Counted from the whole stretch's first letter, positions 23,706 through 37,271 are shown. The stretch: 62,904 nt of DNA, filler included, from Atractiella rhizophila (GCA_021432655.1; 10 parts of 6 records of this genome joined end to end with filler, not necessarily neighbours in it), one strand, 5' to 3'. The notes: generated from the letters alone by a model not told the origin. A program made the numbers and translations.

Positions 23706-25224
23706 TCACTCCGGGTATGTGTCGTTCCAGTCCAAATCCTGCATGTGCTTGAACTCCAAAATACCCACGCTTGGGTGCCCACCAAAAGCGTTGATAGCGC
23801 CTCCGATGCTTTCCTCATCGTAGACTCCTCTCAATATCACTTTCTTCAAGCTCGTCCGCGCTTCCGCAATGCGTTGACAAATTGTCCCAACGTCCTGTAC
23901 GGCCCTTAGGTCATCATCCCCCAAGTAGGACCTGTATGGCTCGTCAGAAAGATCGACTTCTAGAACTTGTAGTGTCGCTAGCTGTGAAATAGCGCTCGCA
24001 AGCGTCTCTCCAGGGGGAGGATGTTCTCGCCGTCCCCAACCCATACCCACAAAACCATGGAGTAGGACCACGTGCTTCAGACTGATCAAAGCTGCGTTTC
24101 CAAGATCTTCAGCAGCATTTCTGATTCCTACGAAATATTCGAGATTGGGTAGCGCTCCACTCGGTAGGCCAGCGAGAGGGACTGTTTGGGGGCTTTGCAA
24201 ATTAGATTCAATGCAGGAGGTAATCTTGAGCCGTCGGAGCTGGGGATGTTTGAGGAAGAAGTTCCGTGCGGAAGGGCAGGGACCGTACGCGAACTCATAG
24301 TCTTCAATTCCCGTATCGTTGCAGTACGCTCCGGAGAAGGAGAGGTCGATCAAAGAGGGCCAGTTCGCTTTCTTCAAAAGGCCAACGATGGATGCACAAA
24401 CCTTTGACTCTTGTCCGTATTTAAAACAAAGTTCGAGACTGAGGGAGGTGAGCGATTGGTTGCCAGCGAGCCAGGTGAACACCTCGCTGGTGTTTGGCGA
24501 ATTACACTCTGTGCCCTCGTTACACTGTCACACAACAGGCCGCAGTAGTCGAAGCCCACCAGGGTAAGACGTGTACTCATGAGTGCTAAAATGTATCCTC
24601 GTCCAAAATTTGAGATCATACAGCTATCATATGGCAACTGCTCGAGTTCCAGGTTACAAGAGCAGAAAGACTTACCGAAGAGCGGTGTTTATTGGATCCA
24701 TACGGGGCCTCTCGCACTGTCAGATGCTCAAGGCGGGCAAAGTTCTCTCCCCTGATCGTTTCCCAGATAATATTGTCCTTCAGCAAGTCCTCTGAACGCC
24801 GCCATCCTGTATGACGGTCTCTAAAAACAGAGCCCTAAAATTCGAGAGGAGACAGTAGAAGGACACCATCGTGAGTTTGTCTGGTATACGCAAATTCGAA
24901 ACTCTCCAAATTTGCCTGCAGCACCTCATTCTTCAACAACTCTATCGACTTCTTGTGAATGCTCTCATCCTCCTGCCTCCTCGCTCCATGTAACGCCAAG
25001 TGATGCACATGTTCCAGCAGCTCTGGTCGCTCCAGGAGGCTGTTCACTGCTGCCCTTGACTTCTTGTAACCTAGAGAGCTCGGTATTGTGCAATAAAGCA
25101 TGGAGGTGGTAAGTGTGTGCAAGGCTTTGCACGCCCGATTGAGCCTGTTGAGGGAAGCAAGACGCAGGTATTCTGCCACGAGGAGCCAGAGTTCGGCTGG
25201 GAAGATGGGAAGCTCACTCGACAT
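23706..25224 (-). CDS. F-box protein with LRR-like C-terminal region
   Basis: The N-terminus MSSELPIFPAELWLLVAEYLRLASLNRLNRACKALHTLTTSMLY is F-box-like. LxxLxL repeats (PQLRRLKI, LPNLEYF) occur in exon 24482-23706. Confidence 0.75.
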
Positions 25225-25265
25225 TAGCAAACAATTGCAAATGCAAATGCAAAGGTTATTTATGT

Positions 25266-25306
25266 ATCACGTGATGTAATCTAGTCATTCCAGATCCGGA
25301 ATTCTG
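25266..25306. promoter_or_regulatory. Candidate bidirectional promoter elements: ATCACGTGAT palindrome and GATCCGGAATTCTGGATC near-palindrome
   Basis: Both lie in the ~195-nt gap between divergent ATGs at 25224 (minus) and 25420 (plus). Confidence 0.4.
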
Positions 25307-25419
25307 GATCGATCTACGTCATTCGATCTCAGTCCAGAAACGCTTTATAACGACTTCCGCTTCCTCTGCCACTTCCCATCAAATCTCAGCTCACACCGTA
25401 TTCACAGGCAGCGAGGAGG

Positions 25420-28100
25420 ATGAACGAATCGTATTACCATCCCGAGCACCTCCCACAGCAGCAACAGCAGGGAGGTCCTCAAGAGCCCAAGGCGACGCAT
25501 CAAGCCTACTCCATGCCACAACCGCAAAAATACGGTGCCCCAGCTCCCCCCTATTCCTCCACCCCAGACGCGCAACAACCACAATACCCATCTGAGCCTC
25601 CGCCTCCGTACTACGCGCCGGAGAAGCCGAAATGGAACGACGTCATCTTCGCCCTCCTCTTCCTCGCCAACATCGGCGGATTCGTAGCGGTGTCAGTCAT
25701 TGGAGTGAACGACCTGTTTTCGAGCGCGGCTGGTGGTGGAGGGCTGGGAGATGATGCGCCCCCGAATGCGGGAACGGCGAATCTCAACACTGCGTATTTG
25801 TTGGCTTTGGTCACGGCGGCTGCATTCGTGCTTAGTCTGGGGTTGTCGTGGGTCGTTAAGACTTTTACGAAGGTCGTGTTGGAGATATGTCTGGGTTTGA
25901 GCGTGGTTTTTAGCGTTGCTTACGCGATTTATCTTTGGTGCGTCTCCTTTCTTCTCAGTCAATGGCAGGATGGGAGTGAAGTGGTGGTTCAGGATTGTGA
26001 GATATTATTCTGGTGCGATCATCTTCACTATCTTCGCCATAATAAGCATAATAGTAAGTTCTTCCTGCTTTGTTCAAGAGGTGAAAAGAGTGCTATTGTT
26101 GAGAGAAACTTGCTGTTCTCGCCTCAAGGACGAAGTCATTGAGCGTTCGTGACTGTTGTAGGACGGTCTGTAATACTCGCATCTCTCGTCTTCTCACCAA
26201 GAGCATAACCTGATTATCTTCGTTCATCCATGCAGTGCTACTTCCCAATGCGCAGGCGAATCCCATTCTCCACCCTCGTCCTCCAATTCGTCATCCGAAT
26301 AGCAAGTACGTCCTCTCACACTCTCATGTTGATTAGACGGGAAACTAATGTCTTGTTTTTGGCACGTAAATAGATGAACATAAGTCTACATACGGCCTAG
26401 CAATCTTGTCAACTGTCATCCTCGCCGTATATTCAGCTTGGTTCGTCCATCTTTTATTAGAAGAAAGGAAATTGATGAATTTGGGAAGGTGGTCTTTTGC
26501 TATCACGGGTATTTACTCGTACGTCGCACCACTTTTATATGCCCAGAACTATGCTCATGACTGTTTGAATTGCTCTGGAATAGAAAGTACAATCCAAATT
26601 CCGCTTCGTGTAGAAATCGCAATGGGGAAGGATGCAACAATTCGACGTTAATTGGACTGGCTATATTCTTAGTCTTCGTTCGTCCTCTCACATTTGCTCT
26701 TCTTGCATAGGCAGATGCTGATGATTTATGGGCACAGTCGTTTTATTGGACTACTCAGGTCATTTCCAATGTTGCCCTCACCTCAATTTCGGGCATTTTT
26801 GGTCAGTTTACTCTCACCCGTTTCACTCTCCTGCTCGCGCTGACACTGGAACATGAAGGAACACATTACTTCTCCGGCTCCCATCCATCTCAATCCCACC
26901 TCTCCATAACCCTCGGGTGTCTCAGACGCGCTGTCACATACTCATTCGGCTCAATCTGCGAAGGCTCACTGATAGTCGCCCTCCTAGAGACGCTGAGAGC
27001 GATATTGAACATCCTTGCTAGTGAAGAGCAGCAAAGTGGCGACTTCATTGGTTACTGTCTTGCTTGCATTGCTCGATGCTTTGTGGGATGTGTGAGCCAG
27101 TTGGTCCAGTATTTCAATCGGTTCGTACTTCCTCATGGTTCTTTCGAGAAAGGACAGCTGATGTTGAGAGTGCGTAGATATGCTTATATCGAAATTGCAC
27201 TTTTGTATGTTTCTTCTTTATTGGGAGGACCTGATTGATACGACTGGCGTTGGTACGAGTATAGCGGGAAGAAATACATTGACGCGGCGCGTGATACGTG
27301 GAGGTTGTTGAAGGATCGAGGGATCGATGCTCTCATCAACGATTGTTTGGTGTCTAATGTCTGCATTTCTCTTGGATTCCCCATCCGTTCCTATAGCAGT
27401 TTGTGCTGACAGAGTGGATAGATATGGACGTTTGGGTCTTTGTACGTCCAATTGGGAGGGAAATAGATTGGATGCTGACATCTTCGACGGAGCAGTGCTG
27501 TCGGCGCACTTTGCTCATTCTTCGTGTATGCCTCTCACTCCATAGTTTCTCTCAAGCTTACAAGGGTGGAAACAGGTATATCTACGTACGCTCCCCTTCC
27601 TCTCGCTCCTCAACTGGCAAAGCCTGAGACCGTTGCTACGATATATAGTTGAAGGTTTCGAACCCATCATACATCGACCAATCCCCCGGCCTCTACGCCG
27701 CTCTTATTGGATACGGATTCGTGATTGGTTTTTTCATCAGCCACTCGTTGGGATACGGCTGTTTATCATCTGGTCCGTCTTCCCTAACCGCTCCGCCCAT
27801 CATGGTGTATAGTTTATTCACTTTTGGATGGCACATTCAGGCGTGTCGACTGTTTTTGTGTGGTGAGTCCTCCGTGAACATGCATGAACAGGAACAGAGG
27901 ACGAATGGTGATTGTGGATCTGGTGGATAGTCTGGGGGAACGACCAATGGTTTTGGCTCAGCGGGATCCGGTCCTTTTCGAGATGATAAGGGAGAAGTAT
28001 CCGAGAGTGGTGATGGGTAAGCTCTTCCACGCTTCCGCTTATCATTCTACATATTCTTCTAATTATATGGCTCTAACGATGGTCTGCAGGTGTTGTGTGA
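25420..28100 (+). CDS. PNS1: PNS1 / choline-transporter-like (CTL, SLC44) membrane protein, multi-exon
   Basis: Pro/Gln-rich N-terminus, EKPKWNDVIFALLF, RRRIPFS, RAVTYSFGSICEGSLIVALLE, YFNRYAYIEIAL, GKKYIDAARDTWRLLKDRGIDALIND; C-terminus …DPVLFEMIREKYPRVVMGVV*. Confidence 0.93.
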
Positions 28101-28540
28101 GCAGTGGCGTGCACTTCATCATATCAGATACTTTTTCGTCTATTTGTGTAAAGTTTTTGTGAAAACCAAATCATCATTGCTTGGACGAAACTGTATTTAC
28201 AGCAGATTGTCTTGAAACTTGACAATCTAAAGTTGTAAAGGCCTTCATGTGAAATGGCATAATTGATTCATATTGCGACAAGGGGCAAATGGTCGTTCGC
28301 ACAGTTCCGTACAAGGAGATAATGAAATGAAACACTTTCGTACAGAAGCACGAGGGCTAATATCAACGAGGTGGCTCAAGAGCACGCGATAAGAACCGTC
28401 GAGAGGAATCGGTGATATCCTTCTCCACAGCCATCTTTAATTCTAGTCCACCGGGACGTGACCTCTCCGAAGAAGCCACGGGCAGCGAATCATACGAGAA
28501 AACGACCATCATTCAAATTACCTCGATCGCAGGAAGAAGG

Positions 28541-31500
28541 ATGAGTTCTCCCCAACCTCAGCCACCGCCCCCTCTAATGATGGATCGCGACCCTTCCCCT
28601 CCCGCCCTCTCCTCCTCGCCTTCTCAATCCTCACCGCCAATTTCCAATTCCGCACCAGCAGAAGCTACCACTTCTTCGCCCCCTACTGCTCCCTCTGTCG
28701 CACCATCCACATCAGCAGCAGCAGCCACGACTGCGAATGGGGATGGGAAGAAGAATAAACCTCCAAGACCGCCTCGGCCGAAGGGAGCGAAGATGACGGC
28801 GTGCGATAGGTGTAGGAAGTTCAGGAGGAAGTGTGTGAGGAAGGACGAGGAGGAGGACTGCGAGAGTTGCGTGGAGAAGAAGTGGGAGTATGTATTCCCC
28901 TTTCGCTTCCTTTCCCTTTCCCTGCTACTTCTGTTTGCCCAGTCTGTTTGCACCTCGTCTTCTGAGGTCAGAGAGGACGGAGGAAGGAGGGAGTTGCAAC
29001 TGCACAGCTCTGTCCCGGCGACGAGTCAAACCGATGGGCTATCTTCTGTATCTGATGGCGAAGGAGCACACGATAAGTCCACACTGGCATATGCTCTGCC
29101 GTTCATTCCTGGCCTCGATACAAGTATGAATTAAGTTGTCGAAGGCTTCCCGACGCGACATGTAAGCTGGGAAGGTTATGTCAAGTTCCCTCTGCGATGC
29201 AGAGTTGTCTAGGTTTCCGACCGGTTTCTGCCGCAATTTGACGGCCGCTTGCTTGGTTGGGGAAGGGAGAGTTGAACTTATGGTGTTATTCAGCTCTCAC
29301 TCCCTTCAGCTGGCAATGCGCTGTAACAGAAGCCAATGTTAGCTCCTCCTGCATCCAGCACCACAGCGAAGGTCGATGAAGATGACCTTTTCTGCTTCGC
29401 TCTCATCCACCAACAAACCAGTCATCACCTTATGATCACAAGTGTGTTTGTGCCCTCGTCCCTCGGGCAACCCCCCGTTGCCATGAGGGAAAGATGAAGA
29501 GCATTCCCTCTGTGGCATGTCTGAATGCCATTTCGACCCGGAGTTGAAGGCGTCGAACTCTTGCAGATTCGCATCTTCTCTCATTCTGAAGGAGATGTTA
29601 CTGAAGATGAACCGATTCGGTTACGGCATTGTGTTATGTCGCCTTTTTGTGAAATGTACTACACGCTTCCGTCTCCGCCAATCCATGCGTAAACTCTCAA
29701 CGTCCAGTCTCAGGATGGTGATCCACAGTTCTCCTTAGACTCGTTGTACTTGAGATCAGGTATATGAATTGTCCTAACCAGCAAGGATGGAGTGGAACGA
29801 CGCCTCTTTCTCGAACGTTGATTGATTTCTACGTTATTATACTTTTCGCTGCTCCCTTTTACACGTACATGAGAGCTAGATGTTTCTCTGCGGAACCAAG
29901 TATTTCCCACTCACATGTACCCCCGTGATTTCAGCACTGATAAGGGTCTGTTTCGACAATAGATGCGTAACTACGTATATACCGCTTGCACGCACGAATT
30001 GGTCAAAATCGGGAAGCAGGATCAAACTCGTTAAGTAGGCATTGACCGATGCGTCCTGCCATAAAGTGACTGATCGAAACGAACAGCTACATATTCGGCG
30101 CTGATCGCCCAGCCCCAACGGCCACAGCCCCACCACAACTCCTCCCACAGCTTATTCCTGGAACGTTGTCCTACATGCCGTATCCCTCATTCGTCTTTCA
30201 ATCTCTTCCTCTGCCCTTCCCAACTGCAACGAGCCCGACACATCTCCAACAGCTTCAGCTCTTACAGGCTCAGCAACAGGCTCTCCTCCCGGGAATGGGC
30301 ATGGGCATGGGCATGGCAAACGTTGGTTTGGGAGCAAACCAATTGCTCTTTCCCTTAGGACCTTCATTTCCTGCAGCCCATCGGGCGTCAGCGCCATCAC
30401 TGCCCTTAAATGTTAAGGAAGGAGGGAGGACGAAGACAACCATGCAGGAGAAGGAGAGACAACAGGAGCAAGAACGCTTAAGGACTGTGGGAGCTGAGAT
30501 TGCAAGAGCAGGTGGACAAGCAGAAGCCCTTTTGAATAGCATTGGCGTAGGGATGGGTGGTGTGGACTATCGGTTGGGTGTTAGCGTTAGAGAAGGGGCA
30601 TTGAGTGTGCACTTGGTTGAAGGTGAGCTGCTATTTCTTGTATTCTATGATGGAATAAGCACCGACCACACGTTAGAGTGCATTACGACCAACAATACCC
30701 TGGTCACCAAGCGGCTATTCCCGAACTTGTTGGAAGACTTTGCTCGAGCTGAATGGGACAGTAGCAAGATGGGACCATATGGAGAAGTCTGTTCTCGGCT
30801 CAACATGTCAGTGAACGCACTCATTATGAGAGCAGGTTATCATTTCGCTATCTCTCCTTAGAGGTGCTCGACATTCCGCGCACAGCGTACGTTCCAAACA
30901 CTTCACATGTTTCTAAAACTAATTCATTTTCACAGGCTCTACTTGGGGCCATCACCCCGCCTAAAAAGCCTGCACTGTCGGGCGATTTGCGACTCTACGG
31001 ACGATCTCGAGAGTCCCTCTGTCGAATTCTAATCATGCAGGTGATTTCGAAAACACTTTCCGATCCGATTCTTACCAACTTACACAAACCGACGCTGACC
31101 AATCTTTACATTCTTCGAGACGTCGTGATAACCTTTTGGCATCTATATCCCGAGCAGGTGGAGGAAGTCTTTAAACTCGAGATTAGGACGTGGAGAGAAC
31201 TATGGAAGAAAGAGATTTGTTGGATGGAAGAAGACAAAAAGGCTGAATTAAGGGATGATATCTGTGGCTACCTGATTGTCCGCCCTTCTTTAGCCTTTTT
31301 TTCCGCTTGTGGCTCATGCAGTAATCAGCTTCACGACAATGTTATTTCGCGGAAACTTAACAAGTTACCTTTCTTGTACGGTCTCTTCCCCATGTTTCTG
31401 CCGCACAAGCTGACATACTTGAAGAACGGATGGGGAACTTATAGCATACATGACCACACCAAATATTCGGGGTGATGTCTTCACAGATCCTCTGTCGGTG

Positions 31501-32842
31501 TACAAGATTTCCGAGAATGTCGCGAAGGCTCAGACCGCAGAAGACCTGGAGAACGTTATTTGGGCTTCTACCGCAGTAATTCTTCGTAGTTTTTCGATAC
31601 TTAGTGCGTCATTCCTCTGTTTGAGGATACAGTCTTGACAGGAACGGTTTGCAGACCACGCCTTCCAGAACTCGACACCCAGTCAATGTCTCGCCATGTT
31701 AGGACGTTTGTGGGACATCATTGTAGAGCGACGTCGCTGGCGCAACTCGACGCATACCACTCAGAAACCTCCCGATCTTGTCGAAGAGGAAGAAGAGGAC
31801 CCTCGTCCACCGTTTATTTATTATGGCCCAATGGGGAGAGAAAGTGATGGGTCAACGCAACTCAATCAAACAGAGGAGGCAGAGATCTATTTTGTCTTCC
31901 TGGCTTACCTGCACAAGCTCGAAGATCGTTTCTACGCAGAACCAGAACCCTCCGCCAATGAATGGTCATCCCCAGAGCCATCATTACCTGACGAATTCAT
32001 GCGGCTGAAGCAAGCCTGTAAAGAGGAAGCTCACATCGAGATCGCCAAACTAGCACTATGGGTTCGATGGGATCGCATCGTGCGCATTCTTCTCAACAGC
32101 GTATCAAAGATGCTCATGACTTATTCAAGCGAAATCCTACGAGATTGTCTTTCGTTCAATGGCTTACACCTTACACGTACCTTCCAGGAGGCACAGGGTA
32201 CCTCCCGACGTATATTGCCGAAAATCCAATCATTCATCACGATTTCACCTCGGAAACTAGTGCGCAGAAGCTAGTTGACATGTATGTTCTTATTTGACTG
32301 CAGATGAAGTTTAATTTGGCTTATGGCAGAGTCATCGAAGGAAACAAGGCAGCTGGATGGGCAGGCATTAGTTTTGCTTGGGAGGTCAGCTCGTTCGAGG
32401 AAAGCTTTAGCCGACTATCGCTGTCAGAGAAAGGCTCCCCGCCAGAGGATGTATGCTTCCATGCTCGTTCTTTAGTAGCAGCCCTTCTGAACTCATGCGG
32501 CAGCAGCAAATGTTTCTACGGGAGGCGAGAGAGAGCAGCCAAACGACGCAAGCCACGTCACAATGGCAGTCTTCGTACAATCCATTTGCCTCTTTCAACT
32601 CTGCCAACGTCGCCTCTTCGACTGGCGGTCCAGCTCAACAGACTTCCCCACCACCTTATCACCCTTTTAGCAACTTCAACGCACCCCCATATTCCCTCCA
32701 CAACTTCCCCATCCCTACATCCATCAATCAACAGTCTTCTCTGCTTACCACTGTCAAATCGGAGCCGGAGGTCGATCCTTTCTTTGTTCAACAAGTGATA
32801 GATCGTGTCCTCGACGATATATCGCACGGCACCGTTCAGTAA
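28541..32842 (+). CDS. Zn(II)2Cys6 transcription factor, multi-exon; exon 1 28541-28887, micro-exon 29963-29974, exon 3 from 30087
   Basis: ACDRCRKFRRKCVRKDEEEDCESCVEKKWE + micro-exon (CVTT) + YIFG completes the six-Cys cluster. Further exons run to TAA at 32842. Confidence 0.85.
29439..29475 (-). mobile_element. Helitron 3' terminus inside intron 1 of the Zn2Cys6 gene (5' end not located)
   Basis: Minus strand reads TGCCCGAGGGACGAGGGCACAAACACACTTG|TGA, 31/34 identical to 41041-41074 at the end of the Helitron relic. Confidence 0.75.
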
Positions 32843-34628
32843 AGAGTCCGACATGGCACCCTTAAAAAGAGGCGGAAGCTAAACAAATGAGCCTCACAAA
32901 GGCTATCCGGATCGAAAGCTAATCAATTCGAACCGAAAGCTCCATCACATCAGCATGCATTATAAATTTGGTATCAGAGGTTGCAAATGCAATATGTAAC
33001 AATATCCGACTTTGTATTTTAGTCCTTAACAAGCAGTTGACGACCTAAACATGTTGTAGTTGACTGTTTTATCTATTGCTTGTTTTTCTACCCCTAGCGG
33101 ATCCGTCTTGTGTCTTGCTTTAAAACCACACGTTATCTTGCAATGGAAGTTGCGTATAATCGACCTTGCTCATAAGTGATTATTTACGCCAGATCTTGCC
33201 TCAGAACTCATTCAATTTCCATTCTCGTAAGAGTACATAAAGCCAAATCACAGTCATTTCGAGTTCAAACGTCGCTCTTTTCGTCCATGCCATCCTTTTC
33301 TGAAAGGTCCGAAGACAGCCTGTCNNNNNNNNNNNNNNNNNNNNNNNNNNNNNNNNNNNNNNNNNNNNTTAATTAATTAANNNNNNNNNNNNNNNNNNNN
33401 NNNNNNNNNNNNNNNNNNNNNNNNCACTGTTCAAGGTCAAGGCTATCATCTCTCTAGCTTCGAATCATGTCCCAGGCAGTTTCGGGGACTGCTATGATTG
33501 TCGACGTGATGAAATCATATTATACATCTTTTTGCGACTTATAAAGCCATGAAACTGCTCATAAAGGCGTGAGGAGCATCGACAGATGACAGCTCCTCTT
33601 TTTCCTCCTTGTTATACCCCAGTCGACACCTCCTACAACCTAACTCCCTGTCTCTTCGTTGTCAGTTATGGCGGGCACCACGATTGCCTCGACTTCAGAG
33701 ATGTTGGCTGAGAGTCAAAACTCCCAAGACGAAAGGTGAATGAAGTGATGCACCACTAGGTTGCCAACGAGATTGGTTAGATCGTGTTGTGAAGACATAA
33801 TAAGGGTATATGTGAAGCCATGCCCCATCTGCATTGAAAGCGTTAGTTTCCTTACGAGACCGTCCAACAAGCCTAACACACAGCAAATGACGAGAGGAGT
33901 GAGTGTATGGAGGAGACTATTGTGGCGAATTCGGAGGGGAAATGTTTTTGGTGAATTTCAGAGTTCAGATATGGTTATCCAAGAATCGAAGTCTCAGTAC
34001 GACTACGATCTAGAACAATTGTCCCATACTATGATGATGGCTACGAGTTCCCATTAGCTAAAGTTAACGGAGCAGTGGTTGAGGTGGGATGGAGAGAGTG
34101 GTTTGGGAGGGATTATTAGAGGGGGACAACGTCGAGTGTTTCTCCTCAGCATCGCCTTAATTTCCCTGGGACAGTACAACCTGGTCATAGGAGTTACTTT
34201 GGAACGTTGTATGGAACTAAAACATACCTGGGCTAGCTGGAGGAGTCAGAGTGGATTAAGCTGAGCATCGTCTTTCACTCTCAGGCATCCTCGGTGGTTG
34301 AGCTTCAGAGAGACATATTGGCCAACACATGTGCTGATGTTATAGGTAGGGACACCAGATCTTATCTCAGGGCGTACGGTTCAAGGTTTGGTTACAGCAA
34401 CTGCAGGTCAGCAGGTCAGGTACCTGTAATACGAATAACACCTCCATCTTATTTGTATTAGAAAGGAAGATGTGACAATGGCAGAGACTTTCACACTTAA
34501 AAGCAGATGATGTGTTGAGTTTGAGGGCAAGGGGAGATTGAGGGAATTTGAGAAGGAACTAGCTTGGAAGACAGTGACAAGACGAGTGACCTAAACCCTA
34601 CAAGTGAGAATTTGGCTAATCGAGGGAG

Positions 34629-34730
34629 CTGAATTCCCCAGCCACGTACAAAAAGATATGAGTAAGATAAACGGAAAGTGGTTTTATTACAATAGATATG
34701 CGTACCTGAATTCCCCAGCCACGTACAAAA
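34629..34730 (+). repeat. 25-bp exact direct repeat (34629-34653 and 34706-34730) at a contig end
   Basis: CTGAATTCCCCAGCCACGTACAAAA occurs twice, 77 nt apart. Confidence 0.8.
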
Positions 34731-35777
34731 NNNNNNNNNNNNNNNNNNNNNNNNNNNNNNNNNNNNNNNNNNNNTTAATTAATTAANNNNNNNNNNNNNN
34801 NNNNNNNNNNNNNNNNNNNNNNNNNNNNNNGTCCCATAGCCATAGCTCGCTTTCGGTTCGCTGACCGTGCTTCAGGACTCGTTCCTTCCTCAACTTCTCA
34901 CCTTTCTTACCACTGCAAAGTAGGTCTAACTATAGCTCACACCGGACCAGCTCCCTCCACTTCTGCTCTGGTTCTCGAAGAGGCTACGAGGTACGAGGAA
35001 GGGTTTACGCTCACTGTTGGGTTCCGTCCTAGAGTGGGGTGTCTTTTCGCTGGTTCTGCGGAAAGCTCTCGTTTGGTGCGTTTGTGTATACCCCACCTCG
35101 CGGCTGTTTCCGTTAGAAACTTTTCTCCAAAACATCTTCTCCCTCTCGTTGTCTAAGCTGTACACCAGCCAAGGTAGCAGCATTTGAAGACTAGGAGCCA
35201 ATCCCCTTGTGCCGTTCGAAGTCCTAACTCCTCTCGTCGCTAAAAAGACGTCCCAAGATGCGAGAAAATATCAATTACGTCCTAATGTAACGTTGAAGCA
35301 GTACCGTGCCTAAAACCCCACGAGATTCTCAGAGAGCTAGACTTCCAAACACTAAGACGTCGCGGAGGATTTGTTAGAGTATTGTACCTTCGGAAGCAGT
35401 CGCTCAATACTCTATTCAACCCAATTCCAGTTAGCCAATAAGGGCGACCTATTCCAGTAGAGCTACCTACCCTATCTACTTTGATGAGGTTAAGTTTGCC
35501 GTAAGCGTACTTGTTCGAACCTACTTTTGCTGTAAGAATTACGTCGACCTACTTGCGGATAACGACGCCAGTTTGAAACAACAAAAATCTTTATACGGCT
35601 TAGGTTCCTGGTTAAAGAATCGGTAAGTCCAATCTCTACAAAGATTTACGAAGTTCTGAAAGGGAGCATCTCATACTTCTTATAACTGTTGACACCGAAT
35701 CCGGTAAGCTTCTTTATGCAACCTAGTTTACTAGCCAGTAAAGACCACCTATTCCAGTAAAGCCACTATCCTATCTA

Positions 35778-37271
35778 ATGACCGATGTCGAGCAAGGTCA
35801 GATCATCCTCTTGACGTTCGCCGTCGCCTTCCTCTACAAATGGTGGATACTCCTCCAATGGTCGTTAATCCGAATCACGCAGAACGCCAACATTGCTGGT
35901 CCACCTGTTGGGGCAGGCGTGCCTCCCCCCGTAATTATCGTGGAGAAGGTGCAGGTTGAGCCGTTGCTTCAAGAGAAGTCGTCCAGTGTTATCGAATCCA
36001 CCTGTCCTTACGAGGTACCTCTCCCCTCCCCGCCAAATCCTCAAGACCTCCGGTTTCCCCTAACGCGCGCCTCTCCGCCAATTGAGCCGCACCCCGCTAG
36101 CGCCCGCCCCGCTGCGCCGCCGGTGGAGGGTGATAATATTAAATTGCCTCACCTCGCCGGAGCTGTCGAGGAACAAGATTTCGAACTTGACGCCATTAAC
36201 GCCGCCTTTGATTGGATCCTCGACGCTGGGGGCTTCAGGGGCTTCAAACCCCTCTGCCGAAATCTTGCGCTTGTGACCTTGAAATTTGCGCGCCTGATGC
36301 TCATCACCATCGTTCTGCCTCATGCCATGGGCGCACCATCGCTTCCATCAAAGCGAAAGCGAAATGGATATTGGCTCCTCTCCGCGCTGTCAGCTGGATC
36401 CCCTCCACCGTTTTCTCTCTGGTGCTTCCATCGAATCCGACTCCCCTCGAAACCGAACACTCGACCCTTTTCCCTTTATTTGCAAATAATCCGGAATCAA
36501 CAAATTGGACACTGTTTGAAGTGCTATTTAAATGTGAGTTCATTCTGAAGCGGGAGAGAGGAATAGGTCTTGCTTTGAACAATCTTTTCGTAAGTCGGCC
36601 GTTCAGTCGCAGCGTATGTGCTCTGGTACTTGGTTTGAACTCATCGCCTGTTCGATTATCGACTTTCCCTTGAATGACAGGTTTGATCATGTCAATGGAA
36701 GGTTGGTAACTCTGAGGCGAGCATCAGAGGTCCATTCCAGACGCAGGATTTAGCATACCTCGGCTGCCGTGACGCGTACATCCTAATGCTTGATCTGGAC
36801 ATATACACCAAGAACGACGATGAGGCATCGGGCGAAAGCAGTGGAGACCTAACCATCAGGCTTAGATCCCAATAAATAGACAGGACTAATGCAAATCTTG
36901 CCTTCTTGTCGCGATATTTGGCAGCCTGTTCTTCGGTACAATTCTTCCTAATAGAGGCTGCTATTGTAGTAGTCGCACTCAAACCTCCTCTCAACGCCTG
37001 TGACGTGACAGCAATGGGAACTTGTACAGTTTGGCCGCAGGTAATATTAATGGGAGATAACACAAAAAATGAGTACACACCATGTGGACACCGGAGGAAA
37101 ACGGGAGATCTAATAAACATGTTATTATACCACAACAAGGTAGATGTCGAAGGAAACGTACCAATGAAACAGGCAGCATCTCCCAACCACACGATAGTTT
37201 GGCCTGGCTTTTTTGATCGCTGTCGTACCTATAATAGAATATCAGCCTCTCAGCCCTTATGCAAAGCGTGA
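35778..37271 (+). pseudogene. Degenerate hypothetical gene (N-terminal TM, Pro-rich linker, weak MATH-like stretch)
   Basis: Overlapping frame fragments 35778-36548, 36212-36673 and 36906-37271 with internal stops. The domain call is only a loose resemblance. Confidence 0.25.

Noticed and set aside
33425..34620. Possible gene on the small contig
   Set aside because: Only stop-interrupted fragments; nothing assignable.
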